From NCBI GenBank assembly GCA_041082215.1, contig JBDOIF010000093.1, forward strand, positions 120,209-140,208: 20,000 nucleotides of DNA, read 5' to 3'. Of this stretch, positions 7,796 through 16,712 are shown piece after piece. The notes under the pieces are model-generated. The model searched no databases and was not told the DNA's origin. It saw only the letters and a list, made by a program, of their open reading frames with translations. The translations under genes were made by a program, and so were the position numbers. Position 1 is the stretch's first letter. Each line of letters starts with the position of its first letter. Source of the DNA: Anaerolineae bacterium. Its GTDB lineage: Bacteria; Chloroflexota; Anaerolineae; B4-G1; DUEL01.

Positions 7796-10307
7796 TGCCC
7801 AGCAGCGCATCCAGTTCACCCCTCAGTTGTTCCGCCGTCACCGGGCCGATGTGGACGAAAGCTACCTGCCCCTGAGGGTCAATGATAAAGGTCTCGGGAA
7901 CACCCGTGATACCGTAGGCACGCGCGATCCGCCCGTCCAGATCCAACCCGATCCGATAGGTCAGACCCATGCGGGCAACCGTCGCGCGCACGAGTGATTC
8001 CTGATCCTGGTAGGCCAAACCGAGAAACACGGCCTCAGGCTGATAGGTTGAGGAGAGGGCTTCTTCGGGCGAGAGGCTGTACTCTGCCCAGAGGGATTGA
8101 AGGATCGGCAGTTCCTCCTGGCACGGAGGACACCAGGTAGCCCAGAAGTTGACTACCGCCACGTTCCCCCGGAGATCGGAAAGGCGGAGCGCGGAGCCAT
8201 CCAACAAGCTCAGCGTGAAATCCGGCGCTGGCTGGCCGGGAAGGGGCCGCCCGGTTTGCTGCGCCGACACCCCGTGCCCCGGCCCCCACATCGCCACGCC
8301 AGCGGCGGTCAGGAGCAGAAACATCGCCAGCAGGGCCACCCCGTCCCGGACCGCCCGCCGTCGGGCCTGGGGCACAGAGAGGCGGACCGCCGAGACAGGC
8401 CACACCGCCACAACCCCTCCGGCCAGGAAGACCAGCCCGCCCAGCCAGAGGAAGGCAGCCAGCGGGTTGACAAACATCTTCAACGTCGCGCTGCTTGAGC
8501 TGTATCCGGCCAGCACCAGGTAGAGGTCCTCCCGCAGCCCGGCCCGCACCGCCGGCACGCCCACCGTCTGGTCGGACCCGAAGTACAGGTCCAGACGGGG
8601 CGTCAGCGTCGCCAGATACTCCCCATCCCGGTAGGCGGAGAGGTAGGCGTAGGTGCTGAAGTGGTCGCCGGCCTCCTCCTGCCGCAGGTCCTCAAAGATC
8701 AGCGTGTACCGGCCCACATCCACCACTTCGCCGGGGGAGAGGACCAGCTCCGTCTCAAAGGGGTACATCCGGGTGCCGATGATCCCCACTGCCATCAGCA
8801 CCACGCCGATATGGACCAGATAGCCGCCGTACCGGCGTTGATGGTGTCGAATCAGGCTCCATACCGCCCGAAGAAGGTCCTCTTTCTCCCGCCTGCTGCG
8901 CGCCGCCACCCCCTGTGCGATCTCGGCCACCGCCGTTCCCCCCGCCAGGCCCACCAGCCCGAAGCCCAGAAGGGAGGTCCAGTGGTTGAGGCCATCCGCC
9001 ACAGCCAGGAGGACCGCCAGCGCCGCCCCTACCAGCGCCGGCCATCCCCGGCTCCGCAGCCGTGTCAGCGCCTGAGCCGCGCGGCCGAAGAGGGGGCAGA
9101 ATCCCAGAACCAGCACCAGCGCGGCAAATTGTGGCCCCGTCACCCGGTCGAACCACTCGGGACCGGCCTCAAACCGTTGCCCGGTAAGGGCCTCGGTGAG
9201 CGTTGGCAGCGTGCTGCCCACCAGCACCGACCCGGTGAGGGTGAGGAAGAGCACCAGGGCGAGGAAGAACAGCCCCTCCCGCGAGAGGAACCCATCCATC
9301 GAACGCGGATCGCTCAGAAGCGAGCGGCGGGTATAGAGCAGCGCCAGCGACCCGACCAGCGTCACGCCGATGAAGGCGAGGAAGTAAGGGCCGAGGGGAG
9401 AGCGGCCAAAGGCGTGGACCGACTGGATCATCCCGCTGCGGGTGGTGAAGGTGCCGAACAGCACCAGCACAAAGGAGAAGATAACCAGAAGCAGGTTCCA
9501 CACGCGGAAGCCTTTGCGTTCCTCCTGCATCACCCCGCCGTGGAGGAGGGCGGTGGCGGTCAGCCAGGGCATCAGCCCGGCGTTCTCCACCGGGTCCCAG
9601 CCCCAATACCCCCCCCACCCCAGCACGTCGTAGGCCCAGCGGGCCCCCAGAAGCAGCCCCAGCCCCAGGAAGAGCCAGGAAGCCAGCGTCCAGCGGCGGG
9701 CCATCTGGGTCCAGCCCTCAACCTCCCGCGTGATCAGGGCGGCCATGGCGAGGGCGAAGGGGACCGCCAGCCCCACGTATCCCAGGTAGAGGGCGGGGGG
9801 ATGGAAGATCATCCCCGGATGGCGGAGCAAAGGGTTCAACCCCTCCCCGTCGGCCGGAACCCTGTCCAGGAGCGCAAAAGGGTTGGAGAGGAAGAGGGTT
9901 ACCCCCACGAAGAAAGCGGTGATGAGGCTGAGAAGGATCGCCGTCCACCCCCTGTGATCATCCAGGCTCCCCCGCACCACCAGCGCGGCGAACAGCGCCT
10001 GGAGAAACGACCAGAGGAGGAGCGAACCCTCCTGGCCCGCCCACAGGGCCGACGCCTTCAGATAGAGGGGAAGGTCCCGGCTGGAATGCTGGGCGACATA
10101 CCGGACCTCAAACTGATCGCCGAGAAAGGCGGCCAGGAGGAGCAGGAGCGCCAGGCCGAGCAGGCTGGCGGCGGCGTAGATGCCGTTGTGACCGCTGCGC
10201 GCCCAGCGGGGGTCGGTGCGGCGGATGGACTTATATACAGCGAAGGCCGCGTAGAGGGCCGCGGCCAGCGCCAGACCGACAACAGATGTCCCCACCTCCG
10301 CCAGCAT
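7791..10307 (-). CDS. ccmF: cytochrome c heme lyase CcmF fused to a C-terminal CcmG/TlpA thiol-disulfide oxidoreductase
   Basis: LWAGQEGSLLLW, GLNPLL.HPGMIFHPP, WAYDVLGWGGYWGWDPVENA, ALLHG, TRSGMIQSVHAF, YGGYLVHIG; then APDFTL...VVNFWATWCPPCQEELP...YGITGVPETFIID in one uninterrupted frame. Confidence 0.96.
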   Translation of the reverse strand: MLAEVGTSVVGLALAAALYAAFAVYKSIRRTDPRWARSGHNGIYAAASLLGLALLLLLAAFLGDQFEVRYVAQHSSRDLPLYLKASALWAGQEGSLLLWSFLQALFAALVVRGSLDDHRGWTAILLSLITAFFVGVTLFLSNPFALLDRVPADGEGLNPLLRHPGMIFHPPALYLGYVGLAVPFALAMAALITREVEGWTQMARRWTLASWLFLGLGLLLGARWAYDVLGWGGYWGWDPVENAGLMPWLTATALLHGGVMQEERKGFRVWNLLLVIFSFVLVLFGTFTTRSGMIQSVHAFGRSPLGPYFLAFIGVTLVGSLALLYTRRSLLSDPRSMDGFLSREGLFFLALVLFLTLTGSVLVGSTLPTLTEALTGQRFEAGPEWFDRVTGPQFAALVLVLGFCPLFGRAAQALTRLRSRGWPALVGAALAVLLAVADGLNHWTSLLGFGLVGLAGGTAVAEIAQGVAARSRREKEDLLRAVWSLIRHHQRRYGGYLVHIGVVLMAVGIIGTRMYPFETELVLSPGEVVDVGRYTLIFEDLRQEEAGDHFSTYAYLSAYRDGEYLATLTPRLDLYFGSDQTVGVPAVRAGLREDLYLVLAGYSSSSATLKMFVNPLAAFLWLGGLVFLAGGVVAVWPVSAVRLSVPQARRRAVRDGVALLAMFLLLTAAGVAMWGPGHGVSAQQTGRPLPGQPAPDFTLSLLDGSALRLSDLRGNVAVVNFWATWCPPCQEELPILQSLWAEYSLSPEEALSSTYQPEAVFLGLAYQDQESLVRATVARMGLTYRIGLDLDGRIARAYGITGVPETFIIDPQGQVAFVHIGPVTAEQLRGELDALLGR

Positions 10308-10792
10308 CAGGGCCCCTCCACCTGAGCTGGAATCTCTTCTTCATAGCGGGTGGGGCATTTGAGGAGCACCTCATCGGCGTAGAAGCGGCCATCCTCCCCC
10401 AACCGGCCGCGCATGATGGCCTGGGCCTCATGCTGGAGGAGGTCCGGCTTGACGTCGTTATAGACCACCTCCAGGCGGGGAGCGTCAGGGTTATTGACGG
10501 CGGCGTGCAGCACGGCGGCCAGCCCTCCGGCCCGCTCCACCTCTTTGGGGTCGCCCGGCACCTGGACGACGGTGAAGGTCACCTGCGGCTTCGACGCATC
10601 GTAGACAATGGTATCTCCCAGCACAGCGCCGGAGACGGTTACATTCCGCCCCACGGCCTCATCCCCCATCGCCAGAAGCTCCTCGACGGTGAGAAAGTAG
10701 TGGGCTGTGCTGCCGGTGCTGGAGACGATCAGATAGACCACAGCCGCCACGATGAGCAACCCGGCGATGACGAATTTCGTCTTCCCTTCCAT
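10307..10792 (-). CDS. ccmE: heme chaperone CcmE, cysteine (CxxxY) variant
   Basis: N-terminal TM, YFLTVEEL, VYNDVKPDLL, FYADEVLLKCPTRY. Start at ATG 10792, because the promoter lies inside the longer ORF-track extension. Confidence 0.94.
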   Translation of the reverse strand: MEGKTKFVIAGLLIVAAVVYLIVSSTGSTAHYFLTVEELLAMGDEAVGRNVTVSGAVLGDTIVYDASKPQVTFTVVQVPGDPKEVERAGGLAAVLHAAVNNPDAPRLEVVYNDVKPDLLQHEAQAIMRGRLGEDGRFYADEVLLKCPTRYEEEIPAQVEGP

Positions 10793-10825
10793 ACTAACCC
10801 CATCCCGCCAAACCGATGTGTCCTG

Positions 10826-10854
10826 ACTATACCACGAAGGGGGAGGGAAGTCAA
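10826..10854 (-). promoter_or_regulatory. sigma70-type promoter of the ccm operon
   Basis: TTGACT (10849-10854), 17-bp spacer, TATAGT (10826-10831) with upstream TG. Confidence 0.75.
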
Positions 10855-10932
10855 TTTCCACCCCCAGCAGGGGTGCATTTCAGTTTGGTGACGAGTTACA
10901 CGTTAGTTTTGCCCACCTGATGGTGGTTTGAT

Positions 10933-10972
10933 CCCTCACCCCTCCCCCTACCCCCTCCCGGTGGGGTGAGGG
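10933..10972. repeat. inverted repeat / REP-like hairpin in the divergent intergenic region
   Basis: CCCTCACCCC (10933-10942) and GGGGTGAGGG (10963-10972) are perfect 10-bp arms. Confidence 0.6.
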
Positions 10973-11023
10973 CCACCCCCGCTGCAGGGGAGAGAAACCC
11001 CGCTACCCCAATCGCCCGGAATG

Positions 11024-11032
11024 TGCTATAAC
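11024..11032 (+). promoter_or_regulatory. putative extended -10 for iorAB
   Basis: TGCTATAAC about 65 nt upstream of the ATG; no clear -35 and the final T of the -10 is missing. Confidence 0.35.
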
Positions 11033-11095
11033 AGCACCCTGTAACGGGATTGAGAGGGTCCCGATTATGGAGACCATTCGAGCAGGAGAGAAACG

Positions 11096-12889
11096 ATGAA
11101 GCGACTCCTTTCCGGCAACGAGGCGATCGCTCTGGGGGCCTGGGAGGCAGGGGTCCGGTACGCTACCGCCTACCCCGGCACCCCCTCCACCGAGGTTCTG
11201 GAGAATCTGGCCCAATATGCTGGTGTCAGGGCGGAGTGGGCGGCCAACGAGAAGGTGGCTCTGGATGCGGCGGCCGGGGCGGCCTTCGGCGGGGCGCGGG
11301 CGCTGGCAGCGATGAAGCACGTGGGGGTCAACGTCGCCGCCGACAGCCTCATGTCCCTCTCCTACACCGGCGTCCGCGGCGGGCTGGTGCTGGTGAGCGC
11401 CGATGACCCCGGCGCCTTCTCCTCCCAGAACGAGCAGGATAACCGCCAGTACGCCCGCTTCGGCAAGTTTCCCTGCCTGGAACCCTCCGACAGCGAGGAG
11501 GCCCGCCAGTTCACCCGCCTGGCCTTCGACCTGAGCGAACGGTTCCAGTGCCCGGTGATGGTCCGCTCCACCACCCGCCTCTCCCACTCCAAGTCCCCTG
11601 TCGAGGTGGAGATGCCAGGGGAGCACAGACAGCAGGAACCGCTCCCCCCCTTCGAGCGCCATCCGGACCGTTACGTCATCATCCCCGCCGTCGCCCGCCG
11701 CCGCCATCCGGAGATCGAACAGCGGCTGCTGGCGATCGCCGAGTGGGGGGAGACCGCCCCCCTCAACCGTATCGAATGGGGAGATCGTTCGCTGGGGATC
11801 ATCACCTGCGGGATGGCCTACCAGCACGTCCGGGAGCTTTTTGCAGGGTACTCCATCCTCAAACTGGGGATGGTCCACCCCCTGCCCGGGCGGATGATCC
11901 GCGAGTTCGCCGCGCAGGTGGAGCGGCTGGTGGTCGTGGAGGAGCTGGACCCCGTCATCGAGGAGCAGGTGCGGGCGATGGGGATCGAGGTGGCAGCGGG
12001 AAAGGAGTTCTTCCCCCTCTGCGGCGAGTTCACGCTGGAGAAGGTGCGGCAGGCAGCGCTGAAGGCGGGGCTGCCCGTCGCGCCGATGCCGGAGCAGGTG
12101 GAGCCGCTGACGGAGCCGGTCGTCCCGCCGCGCCCGCCCGCCCTCTGCCCCGGCTGCCCCCATCGGGCCTTCTTCTACAACCTGCGCCGCTGGCGGAAAC
12201 AGGCCGTCTTCTCCGGCGACATCGGCTGCTACTCTATGGGCTTCCTCCCCCCCTTCGACGCGATGGATATGCTGATCTCGATGGGGGCCAGCATCGGGAT
12301 GGCCCACGGCCTCAAGCAGGCGGGGGCGCAGGAGAAGGTGATCGCCATCATCGGCGATTCCACCTTCTTCCACGCCGGCCTCTCCCCCCTCGCCAGCACC
12401 GTCTACAACCGGGGCAACATCGTCGTGGCGGTGCTGGATAACCGGATCACGGCGATGACCGGCGGCCAGCAACACCCGGGCACCGGCATCACCCTCCAGG
12501 GAGAGGAAGGCAGACGGATCGAGATCGCGCCGGTGGCCCGCGCGATGGGAGTGGAGCACATCTGGGAGGTGGATGCCTGGGACGTGAAGGAGATCGGTCG
12601 GGCCCTGCGGGAGGCAATGGCGGTGGAAGACGGCCCCTCCGTCGTGGTGGTCAGGGGCGCCTGCGTCTTTACCCCATACTTCCAGCAACGGCCGGTGGTG
12701 GCGGTGGACCTGGAGACCTGCACCGCCTGCGGGACCTGTTTCCGGGTGGGCTGCCCCGCCATCCTCAAGAGCGAGGTCATAGACGAGCGAGCGAACAAAC
12801 CGAAGGCGACCATTGACCCGCTCCTCTGCACCGGCTGCACCGTCTGCCTGCAGGTCTGCCCTGTGGGAGCGATTTACGAGACGGGGTGA
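11096..12889 (+). CDS. iorA: indolepyruvate:ferredoxin oxidoreductase alpha subunit
   Basis: LLSGNEAIA.GA, AYPGTPSTE, NEKVA, MKHVGVNVAAD, SSQNEQDNR, RPPALCPGCPHR, GDIGCY, TPP motif IGDSTFFH...LDNRITAMTGGQ, C-terminal 2x[4Fe-4S] (CTACGTC...CP; CTGCTVCLQVCP). Confidence 0.97.
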   Translation: MKRLLSGNEAIALGAWEAGVRYATAYPGTPSTEVLENLAQYAGVRAEWAANEKVALDAAAGAAFGGARALAAMKHVGVNVAADSLMSLSYTGVRGGLVLVSADDPGAFSSQNEQDNRQYARFGKFPCLEPSDSEEARQFTRLAFDLSERFQCPVMVRSTTRLSHSKSPVEVEMPGEHRQQEPLPPFERHPDRYVIIPAVARRRHPEIEQRLLAIAEWGETAPLNRIEWGDRSLGIITCGMAYQHVRELFAGYSILKLGMVHPLPGRMIREFAAQVERLVVVEELDPVIEEQVRAMGIEVAAGKEFFPLCGEFTLEKVRQAALKAGLPVAPMPEQVEPLTEPVVPPRPPALCPGCPHRAFFYNLRRWRKQAVFSGDIGCYSMGFLPPFDAMDMLISMGASIGMAHGLKQAGAQEKVIAIIGDSTFFHAGLSPLASTVYNRGNIVVAVLDNRITAMTGGQQHPGTGITLQGEEGRRIEIAPVARAMGVEHIWEVDAWDVKEIGRALREAMAVEDGPSVVVVRGACVFTPYFQQRPVVAVDLETCTACGTCFRVGCPAILKSEVIDERANKPKATIDPLLCTGCTVCLQVCPVGAIYETG

Positions 12890-12932
12890 CCCGGTGACCA
12901 GATGACTGGCCATTGATCATTGGCTATTAACC
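12885..12932. repeat. octamer + heptamer short tandem repeats between iorA and iorB
   Basis: GGTGACCC GGTGACCA GATGACTG then TGGCCAT TGATCAT TGGCTAT; the first copy contains the iorA TGA. Confidence 0.65.
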
Positions 12933-12950
12933 CAACGTGAGGTATGCAGG

Positions 12951-13544
12951 ATGCAGAAGAACTTCCTCTTCGTCGGCGTCGGGGGGCAGGGGGTGCTGAC
13001 CGCCTCCGATATCGCTGCCCAGGTGGGGATTGACCTGGGGCTGGAAGCGAAGAAATCGGAAATCCACGGCTTCGCCCAGCGGGGCGGCGTGGTGGAAAGC
13101 CACGTCCGATGGGCTCCCCGCGTAGGCTCCCCCACCTGTGAAAAAGGGACCGTGGACGTGCTGGTGGCGTTTGAGCTTCTGGAGGCGGCCCGCTGGATCG
13201 AGTGGCTCCGCCCCGGCGGCACAGTGCTGGTCAACGACCAGAAGATTACGCCGATGTCGGTGAGCGTGGGGGACGCGGTCTACCCGGATCGGGAGGCGCT
13301 CCTGAAGGGGCTGAGGGCGCGGGCCGGGCGGGTCGTGGTGGTGGATGGGCTGGGACTGGCCGAGAAGGCAGGGACGGTACGCGCGGTGAATACGGTGGTA
13401 CTGGGCGCCCTTTCCGCCCTGCTGGAGACACCCCCCGAGGTGTGGGAGGAGGCCATCATCCGCCGGGTGCCGCCCCGCTACGCCGACATCAACCGGGCGG
13501 CTTTCCATATGGGACGGGACGCGGTGGTCGCCCCCAACCGATAA
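12951..13544 (+). CDS. iorB: indolepyruvate:ferredoxin oxidoreductase beta subunit
   Basis: GVGGQGVLTAS, KSEIHGFAQRGGVVESHVR, FELLEAAR, NTVVLGA; follows iorA. Confidence 0.96.
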   Translation: MQKNFLFVGVGGQGVLTASDIAAQVGIDLGLEAKKSEIHGFAQRGGVVESHVRWAPRVGSPTCEKGTVDVLVAFELLEAARWIEWLRPGGTVLVNDQKITPMSVSVGDAVYPDREALLKGLRARAGRVVVVDGLGLAEKAGTVRAVNTVVLGALSALLETPPEVWEEAIIRRVPPRYADINRAAFHMGRDAVVAPNR

Positions 13545-13562
13545 CGGTGCAGGGGAAAAACC

Positions 13563-14618
13563 ATGTCAACAACGGTCCGCATCCTCCTTATCGGCCTGGG
13601 CAACCTGGGCCGGCGGTTCTGTGACCTCCTGGCGGAGAAGGGGCCTGAGGTAGAGGCCCGCTACGGCCTGCGGCTGACGCTGGCAGGCGCAGCGGATAGC
13701 CGGGGGATCGCCTGCGACCCCTCCGGCCTCGACCCCGCCCGCATCTCCGCCATCAAGCAGGCCGGCGGCAGCGTGGCAGAGCTGCCCGCAGTGGGCCGGC
13801 CCGGCGCCCCGGCCCTCGATCTGATCCGGGAGGCGGAGGCGGACCTGCTCTGCGAGGCCTCCCCTGTCAACCTGCGCCAGGGAGCGGAGCCGGGCCTCAC
13901 CCACGTCCGCACCGCGCTGGAGCGGGGCCTCCACGTGGTCACCCCCAACAAGGGGCCGCTGGTGCTGGCCTACCGGGAGCTCCACGAACTGGCCGCCCGA
14001 CGGGGGGTGCAGCTCCGGTTCGACGGGACCGTCGCCGGAGGGCTGCCCGCCCTCTACATCGGACAGCGGGACCTGCGGGGAGCGACCGTCTTCCGCATCG
14101 AGGCGGTCCCCAACCTCTGCACCGGCTACGTCCTGGAGCTTCTGGGAGAAGGCCTCTCCTGGGAGGAGGCGAAAGCCCGCGCCCGCACAGAGGGGGTGCT
14201 GGAGGCGGACCCCTCGTTCGACCTGGAGGGGTGGGACGCGGCAGCCAAGCTGGTCATCCTGGTCAACGGGGTGATGGGGGTCCCGGCCCGGCTGGAGGAG
14301 GTGGACCGGACCGGCATCACCGCCCTCTCGGGGACCGATGTGGTGGCCGCCCGCCGGGAGGGACGGGCCTACAAACTGGTCGCCACCGCTGAGCGGCGTG
14401 CCGACGGCACCGCCAGGCTGCGGGTGGCCCCCACCCCCCTGCCCGCCGACCACTTCCTGGCCCGCCTGGGCCGCAAACAGATGGGGGTGATCTACCATAC
14501 CGACATCTACGGCACGCTGATGGCCGCCATTGACGAACCCACCCCCCTCCCCTCAGCGGCCACGATGTTACGGGACGTGCTGGATATTTACCTTGGTTTG
14601 CTCCCTCCCTCCCCCTGA
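13563..14618 (+). CDS. homoserine dehydrogenase family protein (divergent, no ACT domain)
   Basis: GLGNLG Rossmann motif, HVVTPNKGPL, TVAGGLP, GVLEADPSFDLEGWDAAAKLVIL. Confidence 0.85.
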   Translation: MSTTVRILLIGLGNLGRRFCDLLAEKGPEVEARYGLRLTLAGAADSRGIACDPSGLDPARISAIKQAGGSVAELPAVGRPGAPALDLIREAEADLLCEASPVNLRQGAEPGLTHVRTALERGLHVVTPNKGPLVLAYRELHELAARRGVQLRFDGTVAGGLPALYIGQRDLRGATVFRIEAVPNLCTGYVLELLGEGLSWEEAKARARTEGVLEADPSFDLEGWDAAAKLVILVNGVMGVPARLEEVDRTGITALSGTDVVAARREGRAYKLVATAERRADGTARLRVAPTPLPADHFLARLGRKQMGVIYHTDIYGTLMAAIDEPTPLPSAATMLRDVLDIYLGLLPPSP

Positions 14619-14626
14619 GGTATAAT
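14598..14626 (+). promoter_or_regulatory. sigma70-type promoter for rtcA-rnz
   Basis: TTGCTC (14598-14603), 17-bp spacer, perfect TATAAT (14621-14626). Confidence 0.7.
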
Positions 14627-14648
14627 CAACCCCACTGTGGGGAAAGGG

Positions 14649-15734
14649 ATGGTCGTGGTGGACGGCTCCATCGGGGAGGGCGGGGGACAGGTGCTCCGCA
14701 CGGCGCTGACCCTCTCCATCCTCACCGGTCAGCCACTGGTCATTCATAACATCCGGGCCGGCCGCCCCAACCCCGGCCTTCAACCCCAGCACCTGGCGGC
14801 GGTGCGGGCGGCGGCGGCCATCTGTGGGGCAGAGGTGGAGGAGGCGGAGCTGGAAAGCCAGCGGGTCCGCTTCACCCCCAGGGGGCCGGCCCGCCCCGGC
14901 ACCTACACCTTCGACGTGGCCGAGATCGCCGAGAGGGGGAGCGCCGGGGCGGTGGGGCTGGTGTTGCAGACGGTCCTCCTCCCCCTGGCTATGGCCGACG
15001 GCCCCTCCCACCTGACGCTCCGGGGTGGTACCCACGTCCCCTGGGCCCCTTCGGTGGACTATCTGCAGGAGGTCTTTCTGCCCACAGTGGCCCGGATGGG
15101 GGTACAGGCAGAGGTCGAACTGACAGCCTGGGGCTTCTACCCCGCGGGAGGTGGGGAGGTCCGGGTGCGGATCGAGGGCCGCCGTGGCGAACCGCTGCGT
15201 CCCATCCAGCTGGCCGAACGGGGAGCGGTGCGGCGGGTGTGGGGACGGGGGGTGGCCGCCAATCTGCCCTCTCACATCCCCCAGCGGATAGCGAACCGGG
15301 CCTGCAACCTGCTGACGGCGGCAGGGCTGCCGGCCCGCGTGGAAGCGCTGAGGGTCCGCAGCGCGGGGCCCGGCGCGGCCGTTTTCCTTTTCGCAGAATA
15401 TGAGCACGGAGTGGCAGGTTTCTCCGCCTACGGTCGCAAGGGGCTGGCCTCGGAACACGTGGCAGCCGCCGCCTGTGAGGAGCTTCTGGTCCACCACCGC
15501 ACCGGTGCGCCCGCTGACCCCCATCTGGCCGATCAACTGGTGCTGCCTATGACCCTGGCCTCGGGCAACTCGGAGGTGGTCACCTCGGCGGTCACGGGCC
15601 ACCTGCGGACGAACCTGGCCGTTGTGCGGGCCTTCCTGCCGCTCCAGGCCGGGGTCGAAGGGGAGCCTGGACAGCCCGCCAGGGTGTCGGTGACCGGATC
15701 GCCAGATACACTGCTTCGACGGAGAGACGCATGA
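14649..15734 (+). CDS. rtcA: RNA 3'-terminal phosphate cyclase
   Basis: DGSIGEGGGQVLR, IRAGRPNPGLQPQH, GGTHVPWAPS, GFYPAGGG, adenylation-site motif DPHLADQL. ATG 14649 chosen; GTG 14637 is in frame. Confidence 0.96.
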   Translation: MVVVDGSIGEGGGQVLRTALTLSILTGQPLVIHNIRAGRPNPGLQPQHLAAVRAAAAICGAEVEEAELESQRVRFTPRGPARPGTYTFDVAEIAERGSAGAVGLVLQTVLLPLAMADGPSHLTLRGGTHVPWAPSVDYLQEVFLPTVARMGVQAEVELTAWGFYPAGGGEVRVRIEGRRGEPLRPIQLAERGAVRRVWGRGVAANLPSHIPQRIANRACNLLTAAGLPARVEALRVRSAGPGAAVFLFAEYEHGVAGFSAYGRKGLASEHVAAAACEELLVHHRTGAPADPHLADQLVLPMTLASGNSEVVTSAVTGHLRTNLAVVRAFLPLQAGVEGEPGQPARVSVTGSPDTLLRRRDA

Positions 15735-16654
15735 TCGAGCTGGTCTTCCTGGGCACTTCTGCCTCAGCCCCGTCCATCCACCGGGGCCTCTCAGCCCAGA
15801 TGGTGCTGTATAAAGACTACCGGTTCCTGGTAGACTGCGGGGAGGGCACCCAGCGACAGATCCTCCAGAGCGGCCTGGGGTTCCGACGGCTGGACCGAAT
15901 CCTCCTGACCCACGGCCACCTGGACCATATTCTGGGATTGGGAGGGCTGATCTCCACGCTCGCCCGCTGGGAGGCGATCGAGCGGCTGGAAATCTACGGG
16001 GGCCGCTGGGCGCTGGAGCGGGTGCGGGACCTCATCTACGGCGTCGTCCTCCGGGGCGCCCAGCCGCCGATGGAGCTGGTCCTTATCGAAGTGGAGCCGG
16101 GGCCGGTGATGGAGGCGGACGGGCTGGAGGTGATCGCCTTTCCGGTCCGTCACCGGGGGCCAGATTGCCTCGGCTACCTCTTCCGGGAGAAACCCCGTCG
16201 CCCCTTCCTGGTGGAGAAAGCGGAGGCGCTGGGAGTGCCTCCGGGGCCGGAACGGCGCCTCCTGGTGGCCGGCGAGTCCGTCACTCTGCCGGACGGCCGG
16301 ACGATCCACCCCGATCAGGTGCTGGGACCATCCCGGCCCGGAGCCTGCCTGGCCCACGTCGGGGATGCCGCCCGGACCGACGGGCTGGTGGAAGCGGTAG
16401 CAGGAGCCGATCTGCTGGTCATCGAAGCGACCTACCTGGAACAGGAGGCGGAGCTGGCCCGCCAGTTCGGCCACCTGACGGCACGGCAGGCAGCGTCGCT
16501 GGCCAGGGAGGCTCAGGTCCACAGACTGGTGCTCACCCACATCTCGCGGCGATACCGGGATTGGGAGGTGCTGGAAGAGGCCCAGCAGATCTTCCCGGAG
16601 ACAACCGTCGCCCACGACTTCGACCGCTTCCAGATCGTCCGACGACGGGAGTAG
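15731..16654 (+). CDS. rnz: ribonuclease Z (short-form tRNase Z)
   Basis: FLGTSASAPS..R, DCGEGTQRQ, THGHLDHILG (HxHxDH), exosite GVPPGP, GD, EATY, GHLT, LTHIS.RY; ATGA overlap with rtcA. Confidence 0.95.
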   Translation: MIELVFLGTSASAPSIHRGLSAQMVLYKDYRFLVDCGEGTQRQILQSGLGFRRLDRILLTHGHLDHILGLGGLISTLARWEAIERLEIYGGRWALERVRDLIYGVVLRGAQPPMELVLIEVEPGPVMEADGLEVIAFPVRHRGPDCLGYLFREKPRRPFLVEKAEALGVPPGPERRLLVAGESVTLPDGRTIHPDQVLGPSRPGACLAHVGDAARTDGLVEAVAGADLLVIEATYLEQEAELARQFGHLTARQAASLAREAQVHRLVLTHISRRYRDWEVLEEAQQIFPETTVAHDFDRFQIVRRRE

Positions 16655-16712
16655 CCCGACCCACCGGGCCATTTCCGCCTGTTGAGAATGTTCAACTGAT
16701 GAGGGGGGAAGA

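Noticed and set aside
11003..12913. 636-aa minus-strand ORF, and similar long antisense ORFs such as 8661-10325, 6220-7383 and 2755-3726
   Set aside because: Antisense shadows of well-supported high-GC genes, with no recognisable motifs.
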